A stretch of DNA of 64,000 bases from Phaeosaccion multiseriatum (lineage: Eukaryota > Protista > Ochrophyta, other classes), in the NCBI GenBank assembly GCA_965112735.1, contig OZ218964.1, positions 2,108,001 to 2,172,000 of the forward strand, in the 5' to 3' direction. Position 1 is the first letter of the stretch. Each line of letters opens with the position of its first letter. The notes beneath the pieces were generated by a model. That model saw nothing but the letters and a program-made list of their open reading frames with translations, did no database searches and was not told where the DNA came from. The position numbers and the translations under genes were made by a program. Below are positions 26,573-38,800 of this stretch, piece by piece.

Positions 26573-29036
26573 CGTGCGTGACTGACTCAGTCCCTCCGCC
26601 CCTCCCCTCCACCCCAGGTGCTCCCCTCCGTGGTGGTGCTGGACGAGGCCGGCGAGGTGGTGACCACAGACGGATACTCCAACATGGTGTACTTCCCTGA
26701 GGACTTCCCCTGGAAGAACAAGGTGCGTGCGTGCGTGCGTGCGTGCGTGCGTGTGTGCGGGTGTGGATCCTAACCGGCGTGCGCTCTGTGTCGCCATGTT
26801 GTGCGCGAGGGCACGTGGCACGCCAACCACCGCCTCAACCAACGAGCGTCTGAGCGCTCTCCCCCCTCCCCTTCTCCCTCTCTCTCACTCTATCTTCCCT
26901 CTCCCTCTCTCTCCCTCACCCCTCCCCCGGCCGCTCTTAGGACTTGATCGGTCTGTTGGGCGATACCTTCACAAAGGCGGACGGCACCACCGTAGGGCCC
27001 GAGGCTCTCCGCGGCAAGAAGCTCGGCGTGTACTTCAGCGCGTCGTGGTGCGCGCCTTGCAAGCAGTTCACACCCGTGCTCATCGAGTCGTACAAGAAGC
27101 TGCAGGGCATGGGGGAGGACTTTGAAATTGTGTTTGTGAGCGGAGACCACACGGAGGAGGAGTGGAAGGAGTACCACAGCTCCATGCCCTGGCTCTCGGT
27201 GCCCTTCGAAGGGTGCGTGCAAGGGAAGCGGGAGTGAGGAGGAAGGGAAGGAGGGAGGGAGGGCAGGGTGGGCAGTCGGGCGGTCGAGCGATAGGGCTGT
27301 GCTGGGTTGCTTGGTGCGGTGTCTCATTGACTCATTCGACTCTTCCTCCTCCCTCCAACCCTTCTTATCCGCAACTCTGCCCCTCTCCGCCCCACCCTTT
27401 AGGAAGCGCACGGCCATCATCACTCAGCTGCTCGGCATTCGCAACCTGCCCACCTTCCTCATGTTCGACGAGGTCAGTCAGTGTGCAGCGTGTGGGCGCG
27501 TGTGGGGGATAAAACCTACCCACACGACGCTGCTCTTGCTGCTCTTGCTGCTCTCGCTGGTGCTTCTGCTCCACGTTGTGTGATTCGACGTTCTTGTTGC
27601 TCTGCACCGAGCCGCTCCCTGCCCGCTCCTCTGCCATTGCCTCACGCCCCCTCCCCCTCCCCCTCCCCCCCCCCCTCAGGACCTGAAGCTAATAACACCC
27701 AAGGCCCGCGTGGAGGTGATGAAGGACCCTGAGTGCAAGGAGTTCCCCTGGAGGCCCAAGGCCCTGGACGAGCTCTCTTCCTCTCCGGAGCGGCTCGCGG
27801 AGGTGAGAGGAAGGCTCTCTCGGGAGGAAGGGGGAGGGGGAGACTTCCCGATATGCAGACAGGGAGGGAGACAGACTTGACTGACGGGCAGAGAGAGCAG
27901 GGGGGGGGGCTTGTCGATGGGATGGAGACGAAGCAGCGGACCATGTCTGCCTCACCTCGACAATGGCAGTCCCCCCCCCTTTCCACCGTTGTCCTGCTGT
28001 GCCAACGCTCACCCTTCCGCCCCTCTCCCCTTCCTCCGCGCCTACAAACGCCGCCGTTGCCGCTGAACCTGCTGCTTTATCACCAACTGCTGCTGCTGCT
28101 GCTGCTGCTGCTGCAGGGCCCTGTGCTGCTCGTGTTCATGGAGGGCGCGAGCAAGGATGAGCAGGCGCGCATCAGCTCCATGCTGCAGCCCATTGCTGAG
28201 GGCAGGGCCGAGGAGGCGCAGGAGGGAGGCCCAGTGCGACCCGTGTCCTTCCTCACGGCCAGCGAGATCGACCAGGTGAGTGGGTGTGAGTGGGTGTAAG
28301 TGGGTGTGAGTGGGCGTGAGTGCGGTTGGGGGTGGTGTGTGGGCAGCACGCCGGGCTCTCTGCAAGTGCTTTGCTCCTCTCCTCATGGTTTCCGTTGCCT
28401 CCAAAGCCCCGTCTGTCTACCGCCCCGTCCATTTCCTTTGACTTCCCTCCCCTCCCCTCCCCCCCCCTCTGTCAGATGTCGGGCCCCATGCGCAAGCTGT
28501 GCAAGCTGGAGGAGCTGCAGGGCAAGTACAAGTTCATGAAGAGCAAGAAGGAGGTGATGAAGCCCAAGATGGTCATGCTCGACCTCGTCAGGGGGCAGTA
28601 CAGGTCGGTGCCTGGATTCAGTCAAGGCCTGGTGTCGGTCAGGGGCTGGTGTCGGTCAGTCTTCCGCCCCTCTTGTCCTCTCCTCTCCTCTCCTCTCTAC
28701 CTCGAAATGAGGAGCGGGAAGGGCAAGCAAAGAAACGCTTCTTCCCTTGACTTATCACAAACTTCTCCACCTCCTCCTCATCGGAGCGTGTCGAAAGCAA
28801 GTGGTAGCCTCGCCTCTTGCATTCCCGGCTCTAATCGCTCTCCTGTCCCGTGTATGTGTGTGTGTGTGTGTGTGCTGGTCCTCCTGCCGTGTGCCCACAG
28901 CTTATCGACAGCCAACGAGGTGACGGAGGAGGCAGTGACGGCGCTGCTGACGGGCTTCGACGAGAGCACGCTAGACATGGAGAAGTTTGATGTCAAGGAA
29001 GCCATGCCCGAGGAGGGAGGGGATGACTCGGACTAA
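24805..29036 (+). CDS. Nucleoredoxin/tryparedoxin-like multi-thioredoxin protein with a bipartite targeting signal
   Basis: Signal peptide. Domain 1 (LKGKVTCLYFGS...EMPWLAM) lacks CxxC. Domain 2 has LRGKKLGVYFSASWCAPCKQFTPVL...FEIVFVSGD...MPWLSVPFE. Also has FPWRPK and a C-terminal NXN-like domain. Confidence 0.9.
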
Positions 29037-29496
29037 GCTCAGCAGGGGAGGTGGATAGATGGACGTGATAGTGGATGGAGGGGTGGTACGGTCATAGATG
29101 GATGGATGGGTTAGAGGTGGGTAGGCGATGGGCGGAAGGCAGTAGGCGGTAGGCGGCAGATGGGCAGGGGTAGACGAGACTTGAGTGGGTGCTACAGGGG
29201 GGATGGCGGGAGCGGTTTGAGGAGTCCGCTCGTTGGATGGATCAATGTCTTTGCCTCCCCCCCCTCTCACCTCAGACGGAGCAGGAGAGTGGAGGAGTGG
29301 CGGAGGGAGGGTAGAGGGGGCTGGAGAAAGAGGCGCCCTTTCGATGTCCTTTCTTCATTATATTATTATATCAAATTACATACTCTTTACATCTCCCCAG
29401 TCCTGTGTTCCGCAATTAAACCTCCCCCTGTCCTCCCCGTTCCTTAACAGAGCTTCGGTGCAGTTCGTGTCGGTCGAATGGGCATATCGTTGACCA

Positions 29497-30287
29497 TCAG
29501 AGGCCCAAGATGATCCTCTGCAGGTCGTGACTCAGCTTGAGCTTCTCGTCCATGCTAAAGTCCTTGCCAAATCTGGCATTGCATGTCTCCTTGGCCAAGC
29601 TCTCGAACAGCAGCTTGATGTCTTGGGGTTCCAGCGACTGGAGGAAGTTTTGCATTCTGGCGAGAAGCAAGGCCAAAAGAACAAGCACCCGGACAGGCAC
29701 GTACATGCGGGGGGGGGAGGAAAGCGAAGCAAGACCAAAAGAACAAGCACCCGACATGCACGTACATGCGGGGGGGGGAGGAAAGCGAGCAAAATGAGAT
29801 GCCGCATTCGTACACGCTCCGCGCGGAGACAGAGGAGGAGGACCAATTGATCCACTTACTCGGCGGGGTTTCTCAGCGTTTCCATGCACGAGTGAACATT
29901 GTGCCTGACATTGGCATTGGTCAAGGGTCAGGAAATCAGGCAGTCAGTGCGGGGCGGACTGGGACGGGCAGCGAGCACAACACGCAAGGGTTGTGGAACT
30001 CCGTTCCCTTCGCAAGACTTACTTTCCCTGGGAAGAGTAGGAGTCACCCAGAGCAGCATCGATCCCCTCTGCCGGCTGGTACGAATCTCGGGACGGATCT
30101 GCGACAAAGGGACACAGAGTGAGGAGAGAGGAGGAGAGAGGGGCGACACCAGGAGCCGCTCACCTTGGGGTCGGTCGGCCAAACGAACCTCGGGAGGACT
30201 CGACAGGACAAGCGCTTTGTCGTCGAGATGCTTAGCACCATTCTGAGGTGTGCTGTTCATACGTGTGGCTCTCTCAATGCTGGTCAT
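29497..30287 (-). other. Exon-like fragments of an unresolved gene or pseudogene
   Basis: MTSIERATRM...DRPQ|gtgag and NFLQSLEPQDIKLLFESLAKE...LQRIILGL*. I could not build a continuous model. Confidence 0.25.
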
Positions 30288-30514
30288 GTTGGGAGGGGAG
30301 AGAAGGGGAGAGTGTGAAGTTGAAGAAGGGCACACAACCCGGAAGCCGAAACTGAAACTGCAGCCAAAAAAAAGGGGGAAAAAGGGGCGCAAGGGGTGAA
30401 GGTGTGAAAGAGCAATTGTTACGATGGAAGGAGCTTGACGAGCTTCCTCCGGTTCTCTTCTAACAACCCCTCTGCTGGCCAAAGGATCTGCAGCCATTCT
30501 TCACCAAGTTGTTC

Positions 30515-30751
30515 GGCCCCAGGCGAGGTTTCTCTGGCCCCCGATAAGCAGAAGCCAGAGGCGGCCTGCGGCCGAAAGCCGAGAAGCCAGGGGCTGGGCT
30601 GCGACCAGCAGAAGCCAGTCACCGGGAAAGAGTGACAAGCCAGAAGCCAGAGGCGGCCTACGGCCGAAAGCCGAGAAGCCAGCGCTGGCCTGCGGACTAG
30701 GGGGGGCCTACCGCCCAGAAGCCAGAAGTCGGAGAAACCTCGCCTGGGGCC
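30515..30751. mobile_element. MITE-like element (237 bp) with perfect 20-bp terminal inverted repeats
   Basis: GGCCCCAGGCGAGGTTTCTC (30515-30534) and its exact reverse complement (30732-30751). Internal direct repeats CAGAAGCCAGAGGCGGCCT.CGGCCGAAAGCCGAGAAGCCAG. No clear TSD. Confidence 0.6.
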
Positions 30752-30877
30752 AGGTTTTGTCTTAAAGGATGAAACTATCGCTGTACATGGGTTTGATTAT
30801 TAGTCAGTAATGCATTGGTCTGCGCCGCCTACCCCGCGGTCCTTCTCTCCTATGTGCCCCTGAGTGTGGGAGCACCG

Positions 30878-31722
30878 CTACTCGTGCTGCTCGTCAAGCG
30901 GGCCCCCTCTTAACCTGAGCACGAGATGCAGCGTGTTTCCCTCCTCCAGGTCAAAGTCCTCCAGGGCCTTGTCGCCCGACAGCTGTGCGGAGGGGGAGGG
31001 AAAGCAGGGGAGAGAGGACGAGGGGAGGGAGGAGAGGAGGTTAAAGCTCCGTTCTCGCAGTGCATACATGCATTGTGCCTCTCGCACTCATTCACGCCAC
31101 GTGTGAGTAGGGGGGCATAGAGGAAGGGGAGTAGTGCGTCGGCCCCGCCCCGACTCTTCAGCCTCCCTCTCTCGACCGAGAATCATTCCCCCCTCCCCTA
31201 AAGACCCCCCTCTCTTCCCTTCTTACTCCCCCGGAGTCACCTCCCTACCGGCGCCCCCCGCTGCCCCTCCCCACCCAGAAGAAGGCCTTATGCACACACT
31301 CGCACCTGCTTTCCTCCGAATATGATCCTCTGCTGCTCGGGAGGGATGCCCTCCTTCTCCTGAATTTTGTGCTTGAGCGTGTCGATGCTGTCCCCTGGCT
31401 CCACCTCCACCGACACCGTCTTTCCCGTGAGTGTCTTGACGAAAAGCTGCATGCCCCCCCTTAGCCCCATGGCTACCTCCAGACCGCTCCGGCTCGTACT
31501 GCTGCCCCTCACGCTAGTGGTGCTCCCCCCCCGGCTGCTGATCACCTTCCCCATGCTCCCCTCATTTGCTCGGTGGTGCGAGAATGGGCCTAGACCGGAC
31601 GCTTGTGGTGAGAAGGGCGAAGAGGAGAGGGACATGGAAGACGAGGTGGCCCCCCACGCCCGGCCCGTCGCGCTTGCGAGCATGCCCAGCACGCAAAGAA
31701 TAGTCCCCGAGCTCGATTTCAT
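30878..31722 (-). CDS. Periplastid ubiquitin-like protein (PUBL/sUbi-like, SELMA import), 2 exons
   Basis: Exons 31722-31306 and 30982-30878. Signal peptide plus Ser-rich transit peptide ending LRGG, then [21 protein letters not shown]...GGKQ|[27 protein letters not shown], then a PLDEQHE tail. Confidence 0.85.
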
Positions 31723-31957
31723 TACCCTCCTCTTTCCCTTCCTCCTTCTCTTTTCGAGATGCAGCTAGCTAGTGACACGCGTGGAAAACCCTCTCTTCTG
31801 TGCCCCTGGCACCTGTGCTTGTTTTATATCTCTGTGCTCCGCGTTTTGTCTTTGGCTTTGCAAAATGATTACGAGTACGCGACGACAAGTGGAACGGAGC
31901 CCCCCGGGAAAGTTTTATTGACATTTTTTTCTTCTTCTTTTCGATGCATGTGCTACT

Positions 31958-34268
31958 ATGGGGGATCAGACGTCGACTAGCTCTTTCAGCGGTCAACCTA
32001 CGCGCGGAAGATTACGCATAGGACACTCGCAGGCATACACTGCGTTCCTTTGCTTCGCTCGGAGGAGACTGAAGCCCGGTGTCTGCCAGGGCCCCTCCCC
32101 GCACCTCGCCGCCTTCGGAGCGCACCCCCTGGACGAAACGCTCGACGGTTTCGTCAAGGGCATGCTCTCCGAGCTGTTCCGCTTCCAGGAGCGGCAGCGT
32201 CTGCGAGAGCCCCTCAAGGCTAAGGCTCGGCGGCGTCTCGTGTTCGGTCTGAGAGAGGTGCTCAGGGGCACACAAGCGGGAAGCGTAAGTCACTGAGAAA
32301 GAGGAAGAGGAAGTCGCTGAAACGCCACACACTCACACACAGAGAGAGAGACACATACAAGCACTGACATACATACACAGACGCGCACACGCACACGCAC
32401 TCACACACACACACAAATACATGCGCAAACGCGCACACGGGGCGGGGCGGCGCATGGGGCTCAACGTCTCATCCTCGCGCCTCAGTCCTTTCCGGCCTGC
32501 CAATTCATTACCAAACCTCTCTTAGTTCACTCTGCTCTGTATCACCAACTGCTCTGGTGTCAGGTCAAGCTCCTGATCATCGCTCCGAATGTGGGCGAGA
32601 GCGCGAGACTACCACCAACACCTTCCCCGCTGCTGCCCGGCGGTGCTGAAGTGGAGCTGAGCCCGACTGGTGCCCCTCCTTCAAAGGGGGAGAATGACCC
32701 TTCTGGCGCCCCTCCTTCAACTCCTTCGAAGGGGGGCGAGTTGGCCCCTGTGGACGAGAAGGTGCGACGCATCAATGCACAGCCCCTTCTTTCTCTCTCT
32801 GCCCACACACCACATACACTCCTCCAACTGGCGATGGTTAGCTGACTGGCCCGCCCTAACTGACCAACTGCCTTACCACATGCCTTTATGTACCACCAAC
32901 GGCCTACCATGCACTGGCCTGTAGTGGCGGAGATCATCCTCAGCGCGAAAGAGATGGGCATCCCCACCGCCTTCGCCCTCAGCAAGTGAGTGCTTCCCGG
33001 AGGGGAGGAAGAGGGGGGAAGGGGTTGGGGGTCCCGCAGGCCCAAGTGCTGCTTGTGAGGGATACAATTGATCCATCCATGAGACCGAGAAATGCTCTCA
33101 CTGGAAATCGCCCTCAACCCTCCTCCTCCTCCTCCTCCTCCTCCTCCTCCTCCTCCTCCTCCTCCTCCTCCTCCTCCTCCTCCTCCTCCTCCTCCTCCTC
33201 CTCCTCCTCCTCCTCCTCCTCCTCCTCCTCCTCCTCCTCCTCCTCCTCCTCCTCCTCCTCCTCCTCCTCCTCCTCCTCCTCCTCCTCCTCCTCCTCCTCC
33301 TCCTCCTCCTCCTCCTCCTCCTCCTCCTCCTCCTCCTCCTCCTCCTCCTCCTCCTCCTCCTCCTCCTCCTCCTCCTCCTCCTCCTCCTCCTCCTCCTCCT
33401 CCTCCTCCTCCTCCTCCTCCTCCTCCTCCTCCTCCTCCTCCTCCTCCTCCTCCTCCTCCTCCTCCTCCTCCTCCTCCTCCTCCTCCTCCTCCTCCTCCTC
33501 CTCCTCCTCCTCCTCCTCCTCCTCCTCCTCCTCCTCCTCCTCCTCCTCCTCCTCCTCCTCCTCCTCCTCCTCCTCCTCCTCCTCCTCCTCCTCCTCCTCC
33601 TCCTCCTCCTCCTCCTCCTCCTCCTCCTCCTCCTCCTCCTCCTCCTCCTCCTCCTCCTCCTCCTCCTCCTCCTCCTCCTCCTCCTCCTCCTCCTCCTCCT
33701 CCTCCTCCTCCTCCTCCTCCTCCTCCTCCTCCTCCTCCTCCTCCTCCTCCTCCTCCTCCTCCTCCTCCTCCTCCTCCTCCTCCTCCTCCTCCTCCTCCTC
33801 CTCCTCCTCCTCCTCCTCCTCCTCCTCCTCCTCCTCCTCCTCCTCCTCCTCCTCCTCCTCCTCCTCCTCCTCCTCCTCCTCCTCCTCCTCCTCCTCCTCC
33901 TCCTCCTCCTCCTCCTCCTCCTCCTCCTCCTCCTCCTCCTCCTCCTCCTCCTCCTCCTCCTCCTCCTCCTCCTCCTCCTCCTCCTCCTCCTCCTCCTCCT
34001 CCTCCTCCTCCTCCTCCTCCTCCTCCTCCTCCCCCTCCTCCTCCTCCTCCTCCTCCTCCTCCTCCTCCTCCCCCTCCTCCTCCTCCTCCTCCTCCTCCTC
34101 CTCCTCCTCCTCTCCTCCCCCAGGCGTCGGCTGGGCAAGGCGCTCAGCAAGAGCATAAAGGTTTCTGCCGTCGGGGTATACAGCTTCGACGGGGCGCATG
34201 AGCAGGCAAAGGCCGTTCTCAAGCGTCTGCAGCTGCTCAGGGAGGGGGGGGAAGATGGGCAGCCTTAG
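31958..34268 (+). CDS. SECIS-binding protein 2-like L7Ae-domain protein (short form)
   Basis: LSELFRFQERQRLREPLKAKARRRLVFGLREVLRG|VKLLIIAPN...|IILSAKEMGIPTAFALSK|RRLGKALSKSIKVSAVGVYSFDGAHE matches the SBP2 RNA-binding domain. The start codon and exon-3 acceptor are uncertain. Confidence 0.8.
33119..34113. repeat. ~1 kb (TCC)n microsatellite in the last intron of the SBP2-like gene
   Basis: Directly visible; ends just before the CAG acceptor at 34121-34123. Confidence 0.97.
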
Positions 34269-34489
34269 GGTGCCATCTGCAGGTACGGGCTCAGAGCCTT
34301 AGGGTACCATCTGGGGGGGGTGGGATGGAGGGCCTAGGGGAAATGAGAGAGGTGGAGAGAGCCCCTTGGGCAGCAGGCGGCAACAGATGGCAGCGCACAT
34401 GGCAAAAAGAGGTGATGGCGGCTGATGCGCAACCCCGGGGGCACGCGGTGGCGCGTGCGGTACATTCGGCTCCAAGTCTGCTTGCTCAA

Positions 34490-35470
34490 GTAAGGAGATG
34501 CGGCCAACCTTATTTTTACGCCGCCCACACTGATGCTATCGCGGGTGAGCACCAAGGCGCAGGCCAAGGCGCATGCTGGACTCTCTACAAGAGCGTGTAT
34601 GGTGGGAGCAGATGAATGCACACGCGCTCTATTGGGCTCGTTCGTGTCTGGCGTGTCAGACGCGGAAGACGCTGACGTGGCCGGCCCCTTCCCTATGGGC
34701 ATGGGAAGAGTGGAGTACCTCTTGGTGTTTCAGGATTGGTTCAAGAAGTGGACGGTGGGAGTGGTGCCTTTGAGAGCGCGAGGCTTTACGGCGGAAGGTA
34801 TTGTTCGGGCGTTGGCATGTCGTCACCACACAGCTAGCTAAGCGTGCTGGGCCTGGTGGGCGATCAAGGCTCGCAATTCACCAATACGCTCATGGGCGAT
34901 GTGATGCGGGTCTTATCGGCGTCTCAAGTGCTCACGACGCCGATGCACATCAGCATCAGCAGGCCAATGGGCAGGTGGAGCGCTTCACAGCCCCGATCAA
35001 AGACATGTTGGCGACGACCGTGGAGGCATAGATGCAGCAGTGGCCAGAGTACGTCGCCGGTCTCACCTATGCGCACAACTGCCGCTCTCAGGAGAGCACG
35101 GGGATGGCGCCGTTCTACGCTCTATTCGGTAGAGGCACCCTCCGCAGCCTCTAAAGGCGATGCTTCCGGCTCTGGTGGAAGACGGGTCGTTCTCGTCCGC
35201 GTCGGCGTGGGTCAACGGGAGGCGGTGCGATTGTCACGGCAGGTTGCAGTTGAAGAGTTCCTCACACCGTTGGCCGACGCCCTTCCGGTCAGGGTCCAAG
35301 GTGATGTTGTATCGCCCTGGAGCCGCCGCGCACGCTTCGATAAAGCACTCAAAGGCCCTCCGTCGGCGCAGCTCAAAGCTCTGCGGTACTCGTGGGATAG
35401 GCCTTATGCAGTGCTGCCCCGGCCCTCACTGGGCGCCTTTCACGGGCTGGCTGTGCTCAGCACGGGCGGG
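34490..35470 (+). pseudogene. Decayed Ty3/Gypsy integrase (zinc-binding + rve core), frameshifted
   Basis: Across frames: AHTDAIAGEH, LQERVWWEQM...ARSCLACQTRK, DVAGPFP..EYLLVFQDWFKKW, GDQGSQFT, HQQANGQVERF, WPEYVAGLTYAHN..QESTGMAPFYALFGR, with stops and frameshifts. Confidence 0.85.
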
Positions 35471-35621
35471 TGAGCGAGGAGCACTATCAGGTCATGCAGC
35501 GCGGCGCGGTGGACCTGCCTGTCCTTGAAACGGGTGCGAGGCAAGCGGGGCAGTGGGCTGGCGCATGAGGAGCAATTCTACCGCTCGCATCTCGGCTTCT
35601 GAGGTAGCTAGCGGGAAGGTG

Positions 35622-35790
35622 CAGGGGATAGGCGAGGGGGATGTTATAAGTGGACACTATTGGGGTCCTGATACCCACTTAGCAGTGTAACCGCTGTAAG
35701 AGACGATAAATCAGTATACTGAGCGCTGCTGGACACGAACAAACAACACGACGAGGTTGTCTATCTATTAGACAGGACAGGGCTGTGACA
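35622..35790 (+). mobile_element. Polypurine tract and candidate ~149-bp 3' LTR (35642-35790) of the Gypsy relic
   Basis: The purine run AGGGGATAGGCGAGGGGGA is followed immediately by TGTTAT..., and the segment ends ...GTGACA (TG...CA). It lies downstream of the integrase. No second LTR copy was found. Confidence 0.55.
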
Positions 35791-35878
35791 ATTCCTTCCT
35801 TCCTCGGGAACTGCCGCCACTCCACCACATGAGCGCGACTCATAGACCTTTGGCCACGACCCCTTCAACCCTCGTTGT

Positions 35879-38800
35879 CTACGGAACGGCCTCCCATTCT
35901 TCCAGGTTTTCGTTCTTCACCCACGCGTCCTTTCTGCTACTGGTGCCTGGCGCTAAAGTCATCGTCTTCCTAAAGTCCCCCCAATCTTCCTCGGCAGAAG
36001 CCACGTCCCCACCACCCAATGAGCAGCATTTCAAGCGCGCCCAGAAGGGGGGTTTGGAGGTGCTGCGGGTGTGGCACTCCGAGACGAACTTGATCAAGGC
36101 CTTATACGCGTCCCCGGACACCTCCCTCATCTTGTCCCGGTCTGCGTCGCTGAAAAGTGGGACACTGAGAGACTCCGTCGAGAGCTCCTTCACGCTGACT
36201 TTGTCGAGAAGCTCACTTAAATCGGGGACGCCTCCTTGCTCAATACCATTCCCCACGCTGTCCAAAAGACCCCCTTTGGGGATACCTGCGAACTCCCGAA
36301 AGCCCGTCTCCAGCTCATCTGTGGGCAGGTCCATATACAGCACCACCCTTGCCGCCACTTTGGCAGCCCACAACGTTAACTGCGTATCGGTAGGAAGGCA
36401 AGCAACCGGCAGACAGGGGGCAAAGGGGTCAGACTTGCTCGTCATCAAAGAAGCAGAAAAAAAACCCATTGATTCCTGCCAAGAAGGAAGGACACACTGT
36501 AGCTAGTACCTGAATGAGAGGAAGGCAGTCCTTGACCCACTTCTTAGGATCTTTGCAAGGGTATCCCCTCCCGTCAGGGCCGCACTCCACAATGCTAAAG
36601 TCATAGGCACAGTGAAACCGCACGAGGCACTTCCTGTGTATGGGACTGCGAGAGAATCGCTCCAAACCTGCCCGCATCTCCGCCAGTCCCTTCTTTAGAA
36701 ACATGAACAGGTGACGGGGGACATTGGGACCATGCGTACCATCTCCACCATTGTCAGACGAGTCCCTCCCTCCGACCACCTCTTCGTCCACCACAATGCT
36801 GATGAGGTTGGGTACCGGAAGGTCTTCTCCAAGAGCGGCGCGCAACTCCTTCGTGACATTGCACATCATCTGGGTGAGTTCCGCCATCTTGTCTTTGATC
36901 TCGTCCAGCTTAATGTCCAGGAGCCTGTACATGCCGATCATTTTCGTCTGCAGCTCCCCCCCTTCCAGAGGCCTGCCCTCCTCATTCGGTAGCCTGTAAG
37001 AGTCCTGCAGCCCCTTGTATTCCTCCACAATGAGCCGCACGACACTGGCACACATTTCAGTGAGAACTTGACGAATCTTTTCCTGTGAAGTTCCTTTTCC
37101 GAGCAAAACGTAGCGCACCCGCTGGTTCTCCGCCTCGCTGTCATAATCCCGAAATGCAAGCACATTCGTTCCATCGTATACGAAGCACGACGCGTTGCGG
37201 AGACCCATGTGAAAGACGGTTATCCGCTTGGACCAGCGAGCGAGCATGCGCCCAAAGAACCCCGGTGGTACCATGGGGAGAGTCACTTCACGCGTGAAGA
37301 CAAACTGTCCCTCCGGGATGTCCTTCTCGCTCCTAAACTGCAGGAGCTCTTTCTCCATGAAGCCGTACACGGGGAGCCTCATGGGCACGATAAATGGTGC
37401 CTCGACTCCTCCGTCCGCTTGTGGGGCACGGAACATCGTGTCATGCTCAAGCATGGTTTTAACCATCCGTTCCATCTCCTCGTCACTCATTGGGGCAAGA
37501 CGCTGCAACTCGCCATCCTCATCAACAAGTTGATTGCCCCACAGAAACTCCAAGAGGAGGGACGTCAGCCGGCCCCCTGTCTTAAAGTCCTCCAGAGCCA
37601 CTATCAGGTCATTTGTGTGTAGCTCCTCCGTGTCCTCCAAACCCTGGGAGCTCCATTCCGAGCGTTTGCTCACAGCAAACGCTTCCAAGGCGCTCTCAAC
37701 CCAAGCCTTCTTCTGAGGATCGACCAATCTGTGGTCAGAGACACGCTTGAGCAACTCCACCACGTAGGTCACATCAATGTGGAGCAGCTTTGTGCCGCAA
37801 GAGAACAGAGCTCTGCCTTCCACTTCAGCCAGCTTCGCAGCCTGCAGGAGCACTTCTTCCGCCCTAGCTCCTTGCTCCTCCCCCCTCCTCTCCACGAAGA
37901 CAGTTCTCCACTCCTTAACCGCATCCTCCCACAGGAAAAAGGGTCGCTTTTTCAACCCAGTAGAACTCACATCATCCTGATTCGGTGCTTGTGCACCAGT
38001 GTCCCCGTCAAAGGCCTTGTACAAGTTCGTGCCATCTGCGAGGGCGTCCATGACGGCCATTGCCCTGAGCCAATCGTTGGGCACCTCGATCCCAACTCGT
38101 CCTGCCGCCCTCGCCGTGTCATAAATGTGCGTGCGGAGGCCTTCAAAGCCGCTCCCGTCTTTACAGCTCACCACTTGCACACGCTCCACGTGGATAGTCA
38201 GCTTCGGAGCCTCGCCCCCACTTGGGCGCTCTCCAGAGCTAGGAGCGGGTTGTGCGCCGGAGCTTTTCAACGCTCTGTCCTGCTTTGCCTTCTCCTTGAG
38301 GTACGCTTCCACGCCTGGAGATTTACGGACCAGAAGAGAAAGGGCACCACGACCAATCAGAACATGAACCCACTGTCCCTAACCTACTACAACCAAACAG
38401 CACGACACTTCATTTCTTTATAAAAATGAATATCAACAGTGACAGTACGGTCCAGTTGTGATGAAGCCACTCGCCCCCTATACTCACATTCTTCCAGTTT
38501 GTTCTCCAGGCCTTCCAGGTCCTCCTCACGGCAGTCGTCGCTATGAGTGGCCAGTAAGGACACGTGGCTCCCCGGGGCACGAAGCCATAGGGCATCAAGC
38601 CAACGGTGTAGACGCTCATGTTGTTCGCTGATAAAGCTGCCGTTGCCACTGGCACTGATGACCAGCACGTAGAGTGCGCCTTCTGTGAGGAAGACCTGGT
38701 GAAAGTCGTAGTAGTCTGCCTGCCCAGCAAAGTCCCAGACTGTCACCTCCAGGGCACGCTGCCCTTCAATCTTGAAGCTGCCCTTCAATCTTGAAGGGTT

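Noticed and set aside
32986-34222. Long poly-S/P/R/E ORFs
   Set aside because: They are translations of the intronic (TCC)n tract.
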